The notes below the pieces were generated by a model. It saw only the letters and a list, made by a program, of their open reading frames with translations. It did not search any database and had not been told where the DNA came from. This document shows, piece after piece, positions 58,964-64,000 of a stretch of 64,000 nucleotides of DNA. Both the position numbers and the translations under genes were made by a program. Source of the stretch: PVC group bacterium (lineage in GTDB: Bacteria; Verrucomicrobiota; Kiritimatiellia; UBA8416); the NCBI GenBank assembly GCA_003567005.1, contig PXBF01000068.1, positions 12,392 through 76,391 on the forward strand. Reading direction: 5' to 3'. Position 1 is the stretch's first letter. Every line of letters starts with the position of its first letter.

Positions 58964-58972
58964 CCCCCCCCC
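58964..58972. repeat. Poly-C(9) homopolymeric tract in an intergenic region
   Basis: Nine consecutive C between the comEC 3' end and the YeeE/YedE promoter region. Confidence 0.6.
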
Positions 58973-58996
58973 AGAACGCAATTGTTTTATGGTACG

Positions 58997-61900
58997 CTAA
59001 AGTCCAATGGCAACATCGGATACCGTCTCATCAAGACCGCCCTGTGTGCGATTCCGTTGCGCTTGCGTATCGATCTGATACGTCGCACCATCGGACGTAA
59101 TGTAGATGGCCTGATCGCGATCGGTGCTCCATACGCGGACTCCATAATCTATATAGAATCGCCGGGTTACCCCGAACCGATCGAGTGCATCGCGCCCCTC
59201 GCGTCCCAGTACGGGACGTGGGTTACCGAACTCCAGAATGATATCTTCTGGTTCCACGGCAGCAAGCAATACCCCCGTCGAATCCTGTAATACACTGCGC
59301 ATACGCTGTACATTTCCTTGAACCGTGGGAGGAAAAGGCGCAGCCGCTTGATAAGGCGCAACCAATATATTTGCGCGTATATGGGCTGGATCCGCTGACA
59401 TAGCAAAATCGCGCTGCGCTTCGAGTTCCATCGCGCCAGGTAGTAGCATGGAAAATGCGCCATATAAAATGCGTACTTGCATCGAACGTGTATACCATGG
59501 GCCCTGCTCTGGCAGAACGGAGACCACTTCAATACGAAATATTCCCCCATCATGCTCTTCCTCAACCAGTACCGTCGGCTCTTCCACAGGCGTTGCCATC
59601 AGATTCCACGAAGCCCAACGGTTAAACCATGTGCCCTCTCGCTTGTGTAAGCGCTCCAACACAGATGGGCGTTGCGGCCATTGCGGATCCCCTGCCCAAA
59701 CAGAAAAGATGTCATCCGCGCGCGGGTGAGAATGATTTTCACGATCAATACTAGTAATTTCCGATCGTTCAAATGGTAAAATCAGGCTTTTTATACGCTG
59801 ATGCATCAGGATATAGGATAAACCGCCCGCTCGTTCTGGACGTGGGGATGAGGCTATGAACATATCCAGTTTGCCAATACGTTGATGCGAAAAGGTCGGC
59901 AAGATCGTTCGCATGGCCTCATTGCGCCGCCCCCGTTCATACTCCACAAACCCACTATCTATTAAATAATGCGCACCACCAGGACTCTGAACATGAATAG
60001 CACTACCATACCCCACCGGCAAAACGGTTACCTCCAAGGGATCTGAGCTATCAGAACGCCACGGTGTACCACCCCTCACGAGCAGGAGTAAGAAACCGAC
60101 CATAGCAATACCATAGGGGATCCAACGCTTGGGACCCTTCCATGAAACACCAAGTTTTCCGAGCAGTCGGGATCCATATCTTTGCACGGGATCCGGCCAA
60201 ACCAGCAGGGCAAGTACGCCGTAATAAAAGAGAAGCGCATAACCGGATGGACGCGGAACAAAAGGATGCGGGAACACGCGTGCAAAAACATAGGCCAACC
60301 ATAGGAACAAACTCGCCGCCAACCAATTCGCGGCATTCAGGAACAAGGCCAGAAGTGGCCCCAGCCCCGGAATCAACCCCAATAGGCCAGCGAGCACGCC
60401 AAGCTGTACCACCACGCCGATAAGCGGGATCGCAATCAGATTCGCATACATCCCCCCAAATGGCCACTGATTGAAATAATAGGCCGATAACGGAATCATC
60501 ATGCCGATTTGAATCGCAATCTGCGCGGCCATAAAGGTACCGATACTCTCTGGAATACGAGTAAAGCGGAATCGGGAATCTATGCCGATTCCTGTACGAT
60601 CACAGGCTCTCGCCACCCAAAAAACCAGCCCCCAAAACATGCTCCATGGTATCCAGAATTGCGCGGTTGTGACCAAAGCCCAGCGGATCGCGGCAAACAG
60701 GGTTGTCAGAACCGTGCATAGGATAACGGATGCAAAACAATTACCGCGCAACCGGCATAATTGCGCATAAATCGGTCCCGTCAACAAGGCCAGTGACAAA
60801 ATGGCACCAAAGGAAAGCGTAAACGATGGATCGACAACGACGAGCGGATTATGAACCAAAATCAGCGCTGCGGCGATTGGAACACCGGTTAATACGGATG
60901 AGCGTAACCCTTTATCCAGATAGGCCCATGTCAACAAAAAGAGGCTATTCATAATAACAGCCCGAAGTGTGGAAGGCCGCGCACCCGTTATGATCGCAAA
61001 TATAACCAATACGCCAATAACCACAGGCACAAACACTTGGCGGGGAAATTTGATCAAAGAAAAGATTGCAACAAACATAACCGTCAGAATCGTCACATGC
61101 AGACCGGAAACGGCCAGAACATGATTCACCCCGGAGGCACGGAAATCCGATACGATCTGCGCCTCGCTAGGGGCCAGACCAAATCGCTGCATCCAACCCG
61201 GACCTTCCCCGGGAAACATCACACCATGTAATCCATAACGTAAGCCAAGCGTTACACCGCCTAGAAAGGCGGACTGCGGATACGGCATGGTTGCCTTGAA
61301 GATACCCAGCATGCGATCACGTAGCCCTAAAGAAAATGCCACCAGTGGGTTCCCACTTCGTTGTGGCTGCCCCGTAGGAGCCAATAAAGACACTGGAGAC
61401 GGCTCTCTTGGGCGCGCATAGGGTCGCATAACCGCATAGATATTATGGTTTTGCATGAAACGGCGCGCGTCAAAACCACCTTCTACCGATGGACCACGCG
61501 CAACGGTCAATTCGCCCCGTATCACTATATCAGCCCCATAGGCTTCTGTTTGCGCCAAACGCGTAAAATTCTCGAGATTCGGATGTACCGTAACCTGAAT
61601 ATCCCCACCTTCCACACGATAGTATGGACCGCCAGCGGGATACTGAATGTAAGCAGGTTCGACCGTAAGAACGCTCTTGAAGTCATACACATTGGGATCC
61701 TGCGCAATGCGCCCTAACACGGTTACGTCAGACTGGCCGCGAGCAGGTCGGACAAAAGACCCGATATGATTAGATAAGCGAAAAACCGTCAGCGGTAGAT
61801 CCGCATCACCAACATCCCACAGTACATCATCTATACGACTAAACGGTTGATCCACACGAAACGTGGCACCTGCAGGTGTATGCGCCGGAATGTCCACTGT

Positions 61901-62386
61901 AGCACTCTTGATGGGCATCCTGTGCTCGTTAAACACCCAGCGTCCCGCTTCATCCAGCAAAGGATTTTCATCATAATCTAACACAGCTTGACGTGCTACG
62001 AGTTCGCCGGCAAAACGAAAACCTACCGCTTCCTCCACATCCGCATCTACACGGACAATCAGTCGGCTCGTATCGCGAAGTGGTTCGCGTTCAATATAGC
62101 GGCCATTTTCTATCTGCCCGATGCGCCGATCTGGAACACGATACGCAACCGAATAACGTGTGTATCCAACAAGAACAGCCAAAACCACAAGAACATACCA
62201 TAACGTGAGATTCCACAGATTGCCTTTGGAACGCCAACCCAACCAGATGGCCAAGACAAGAGTGACACCCAGACCTGTCAGAATCCAATAGCGCGTTGCA
62301 TGCGATAGCACCTCAACCGGAAGAAGCATGGCTAGGATAAGCCCGCCAATAAACAAGTAACAGGTAGTGATCAGCTTAGTGTTCAT
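58997..62386 (-). CDS. comEC: ComEC/Rec2-family DNA internalisation channel protein with a degenerate (pseudo) metallo-beta-lactamase domain
   Basis: Competence-domain hallmark GVNHVLAVSGLHVTIL. N-terminal DUF4131-like region. C-terminal MBL-like region (aa 784-1105) with motif 1 VLPVGYGSAIHV..YLIDSG, but the HxDxDH position reads SSPRPERAGG. 1129 aa. Confidence 0.75.
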   Translation of the reverse strand: MNTKLITTCYLFIGGLILAMLLPVEVLSHATRYWILTGLGVTLVLAIWLGWRSKGNLWNLTLWYVLVVLAVLVGYTRYSVAYRVPDRRIGQIENGRYIEREPLRDTSRLIVRVDADVEEAVGFRFAGELVARQAVLDYDENPLLDEAGRWVFNEHRMPIKSATVDIPAHTPAGATFRVDQPFSRIDDVLWDVGDADLPLTVFRLSNHIGSFVRPARGQSDVTVLGRIAQDPNVYDFKSVLTVEPAYIQYPAGGPYYRVEGGDIQVTVHPNLENFTRLAQTEAYGADIVIRGELTVARGPSVEGGFDARRFMQNHNIYAVMRPYARPREPSPVSLLAPTGQPQRSGNPLVAFSLGLRDRMLGIFKATMPYPQSAFLGGVTLGLRYGLHGVMFPGEGPGWMQRFGLAPSEAQIVSDFRASGVNHVLAVSGLHVTILTVMFVAIFSLIKFPRQVFVPVVIGVLVIFAIITGARPSTLRAVIMNSLFLLTWAYLDKGLRSSVLTGVPIAAALILVHNPLVVVDPSFTLSFGAILSLALLTGPIYAQLCRLRGNCFASVILCTVLTTLFAAIRWALVTTAQFWIPWSMFWGLVFWVARACDRTGIGIDSRFRFTRIPESIGTFMAAQIAIQIGMMIPLSAYYFNQWPFGGMYANLIAIPLIGVVVQLGVLAGLLGLIPGLGPLLALFLNAANWLAASLFLWLAYVFARVFPHPFVPRPSGYALLFYYGVLALLVWPDPVQRYGSRLLGKLGVSWKGPKRWIPYGIAMVGFLLLLVRGGTPWRSDSSDPLEVTVLPVGYGSAIHVQSPGGAHYLIDSGFVEYERGRRNEAMRTILPTFSHQRIGKLDMFIASSPRPERAGGLSYILMHQRIKSLILPFERSEITSIDRENHSHPRADDIFSVWAGDPQWPQRPSVLERLHKREGTWFNRWASWNLMATPVEEPTVLVEEEHDGGIFRIEVVSVLPEQGPWYTRSMQVRILYGAFSMLLPGAMELEAQRDFAMSADPAHIRANILVAPYQAAAPFPPTVQGNVQRMRSVLQDSTGVLLAAVEPEDIILEFGNPRPVLGREGRDALDRFGVTRRFYIDYGVRVWSTDRDQAIYITSDGATYQIDTQAQRNRTQGGLDETVSDVAIGL

Positions 62387-62576
62387 CCCCGCCTTCCTCC
62401 CAACCGGTTTCCGGATAATAGGCCCGATTGGATTCCCAAATGGGCCCTGCCGTTATGTCCCCGGATGCCCAAGCCCGAACAGTACCACGGTAATCAGGAT
62501 GCAAGAATAGAACCACACCACCAATCACGAGCGCCCCAGCAAGAATATATAGTAAAAGGCGTACACCGCGCTCCAT
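62376..62576 (-). CDS. Mini membrane protein (single TM helix)
   Basis: 66 aa, MERGVRLLLYILAGALVIGGVVLFL. Overlaps the comEC start by 11 nt. Translational coupling suggests it is real. Confidence 0.4.
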   Translation of the reverse strand: MERGVRLLLYILAGALVIGGVVLFLHPDYRGTVRAWASGDITAGPIWESNRAYYPETGWEEGGDEH

Positions 62577-62579
62577 ACA

Positions 62580-62789
62580 TCATCCCTTTCGACCCGGCTC
62601 TTCCGGATCCTTCACACGTAATAGCGTAATAAAAATAAAAGCAAAGGGTACAAATGGAAAAAAATACAGAATACCTTCACGCGTATGAAAAACCCGCACA
62701 GACCCAGATGCCAACCAGAGTAAATAGAGCAACATTCCCACAGCATTACAAATCAGAATACAGGTCCGGATGATATCACGCTCCATCAT
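62580..62789 (-). CDS. Mini membrane protein (two TM helices)
   Basis: 69 aa, MMERDIIRTCILICNAVGMLLYLLWL...FFPFVPFAFIFITLL. Its start overlaps the NERD gene stop by 4 nt. Confidence 0.4.
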   Translation of the reverse strand: MMERDIIRTCILICNAVGMLLYLLWLASGSVRVFHTREGILYFFPFVPFAFIFITLLRVKDPEEPGRKG

Positions 62790-63541
62790 GACATCTCCAG
62801 AAACATATGTAAAACAGCATCAACGGTATCCTCCGATAAAGCAGCCGGTAAACGGTGTGTCGCAATAAAACGCGCTGCAGAATCTGGCTGCAAGATAGGA
62901 ACAGGCGCATCCGCTATGCTCACTTTCGTGTGTGGCGATCGAAAGACAATAAGAGGAATAACCGAAGCAGATGACAGACCGACATTTCGTAACATACCCC
63001 CCAGAATCTGACTACTACGCTGCACTTGCCGGATGGGATTCGGTACCCGCAACGGTTTGCTCCCACGTGTCTTTTCTTGCTCCCAATAGGGCTGATCGGC
63101 TACACCGGAAATCTGTCCCCGCCAGTTTTTTGTCTCAATCACAAAAATCCCATTGGGAGAGACAACGACATGGTCAAGTTGTGCGCGCTGCAAGCCACTC
63201 CGCACAATTTGATCATTGAAAATGTAGTGCGTGTTATCCAACGCGCGATCCAATGTGCGCGTAACGGTTGCTTCTCCCTGCAAACCGGCCTGAACATTGC
63301 CTGCCTCCTGTAGATTTTGCTGGATCCGCAAGCGGTGTGCATAACCAGCAACCAGCCCGATTACGCCAAGAATGAAAATACCGGGCGCACCAGCCACCAG
63401 CCAGCGCACCGCCCCCATCACAGTAACAAGAGCAGCAAGACCGAATTCAATGGGAACCCAGCGTTGCAAGGCGCGCGACTCCTGCAACATACGCTTATGT
63501 TTACGCGATAACGAGGTCTCTTCTGTAAGGATGCGCGCCAT
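62786..63541 (-). CDS. Membrane-anchored NERD (nuclease-related domain) protein
   Basis: Two N-terminal TM helices, then the NERD signature GEATVTRTLDRAL...IFNDQIV...QLDHVVVSPNGIFVIETKNWRG. Confidence 0.7.
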   Translation of the reverse strand: MARILTEETSLSRKHKRMLQESRALQRWVPIEFGLAALVTVMGAVRWLVAGAPGIFILGVIGLVAGYAHRLRIQQNLQEAGNVQAGLQGEATVTRTLDRALDNTHYIFNDQIVRSGLQRAQLDHVVVSPNGIFVIETKNWRGQISGVADQPYWEQEKTRGSKPLRVPNPIRQVQRSSQILGGMLRNVGLSSASVIPLIVFRSPHTKVSIADAPVPILQPDSAARFIATHRLPAALSEDTVDAVLHMFLEMS

Positions 63542-63543
63542 AT

Positions 63544-64000
63544 TTATCCCTCGGCATTCTCGGTACGCCCCAGATGCTCAACGACCTCAGCACGTGCGGC
63601 GCGCCGCAGACGCTCTGCAATACGGATCAAAACCCGATCTCCAACCTGCGTATCGGGCACAAATACAACGAGCCCATTAATGCGGGCAACCCCATCGTTT
63701 TGCGGATTACGGCGATCCCGTTCCACAATGGTAACGATGTATTCATCACCTACCGCAACGGTTTGTCCGGATCGCTCAGATGAAGCCGTTTCCCGCTCCG
63801 CTCGTGATGCTGGATCCGCACGGTCCAGCCAATCAACAACCACACCATCTGCCGCGCTACGCCGCAAACGCGTGATCTCAATAACAACCTCGTCTCCCAC
63901 AACCGTATCCGGCACAAAAACGATGAGACCATTGATGCGCGCGATACCGGCAACACCATCTCGTGATTGATCCCCAATGCGAACGCGATACCGACCGCCG
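63544..64000 (-). CDS. Tandem TRAM-domain protein, 5'-truncated by the window edge
   Basis: At least two repeats of the TRAM signature DGVARINGLVVFVPDTQVGDRVLIRI and GIARINGLIVFVPDTVVGDEVVIEI. The frame stays open to the window end. The ORF-track start at 63915 is a GTG inside a repeat. Confidence 0.55.
   Translation of the reverse strand, partial: GGRYRVRIGDQSRDGVAGIARINGLIVFVPDTVVGDEVVIEITRLRRSAADGVVVDWLDRADPASRAERETASSERSGQTVAVGDEYIVTIVERDRRNPQNDGVARINGLVVFVPDTQVGDRVLIRIAERLRRAARAEVVEHLGRTENAEG

Overview
64-kb chromosomal fragment, roughly 53% GC, densely coded on both strands. It most likely comes from a member of the PVC superphylum (Verrucomicrobia, Kiritimatiellae, Lentisphaerae or Planctomycetes). 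The pointers are an SLA1-homology SHD1 motif, a DUF2723/TPR giant membrane protein, many sulfatase and glycoside-hydrolase genes, and GT-C-like giant membrane proteins. All calls are from reading the six-frame translations by eye, with no searches. The window has six parts. (1) 0.2-9.6 kb: a glycan-utilisation block with a lipoprotein, a secreted protein, a histidine phosphatase, a sulfatase, a Gfo/Idh/MocA oxidoreductase and a GH2 hydrolase. (2) 9.6-16 kb: a 660-aa polytopic membrane protein paired with an 877-aa secreted PDZ/HEAT protein, then a hybrid PAS histidine kinase. (3) 16.3-33 kb: a surface-glycan biosynthesis island. It holds a hexapeptide acyltransferase, two GT4 enzymes, a NodB deacetylase, a Wzx-type flippase, an epimerase, a methyltransferase, two roughly 900-aa GT-C-like membrane proteins, an outer-membrane beta-barrel, an M50 protease and a ROK kinase. 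A MITE-like element sits at its divergent promoter and a G9 tract sits in the methyltransferase. (4) 33-44.6 kb: a TonB receptor, an MFS transporter, an aminotransferase, a YcbL-like MBL hydrolase, a secreted SHD1-PLD nuclease, a CPA2 antiporter with an EIIA(Ntr)-PII-like fusion regulator, queG and a second MFS. (5) 44.6-51.3 kb: a tightly overlapped five-gene minus-strand operon (DUF2723-TPR giant, YkgJ-like Cys-cluster protein, C-N hydrolase, duplicated DUF1538 membrane protein, small AT-rich ORF). (6) 51.3-64 kb: a lipoprotein, a TrmH methylase, an ECF sigma with a zinc-finger anti-sigma, a second MITE copy, pdxH, xseAB, a split YeeE/YedE pair, and a tightly coupled operon of a tandem-TRAM protein, a membrane NERD nuclease, two mini membrane proteins and a 1129-aa ComEC/Rec2 whose metallo-beta-lactamase nuclease domain has lost every metal ligand. 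I judge this last operon the best candidate for a previously undescribed system. No rRNA, tRNA or CRISPR array was recognised.
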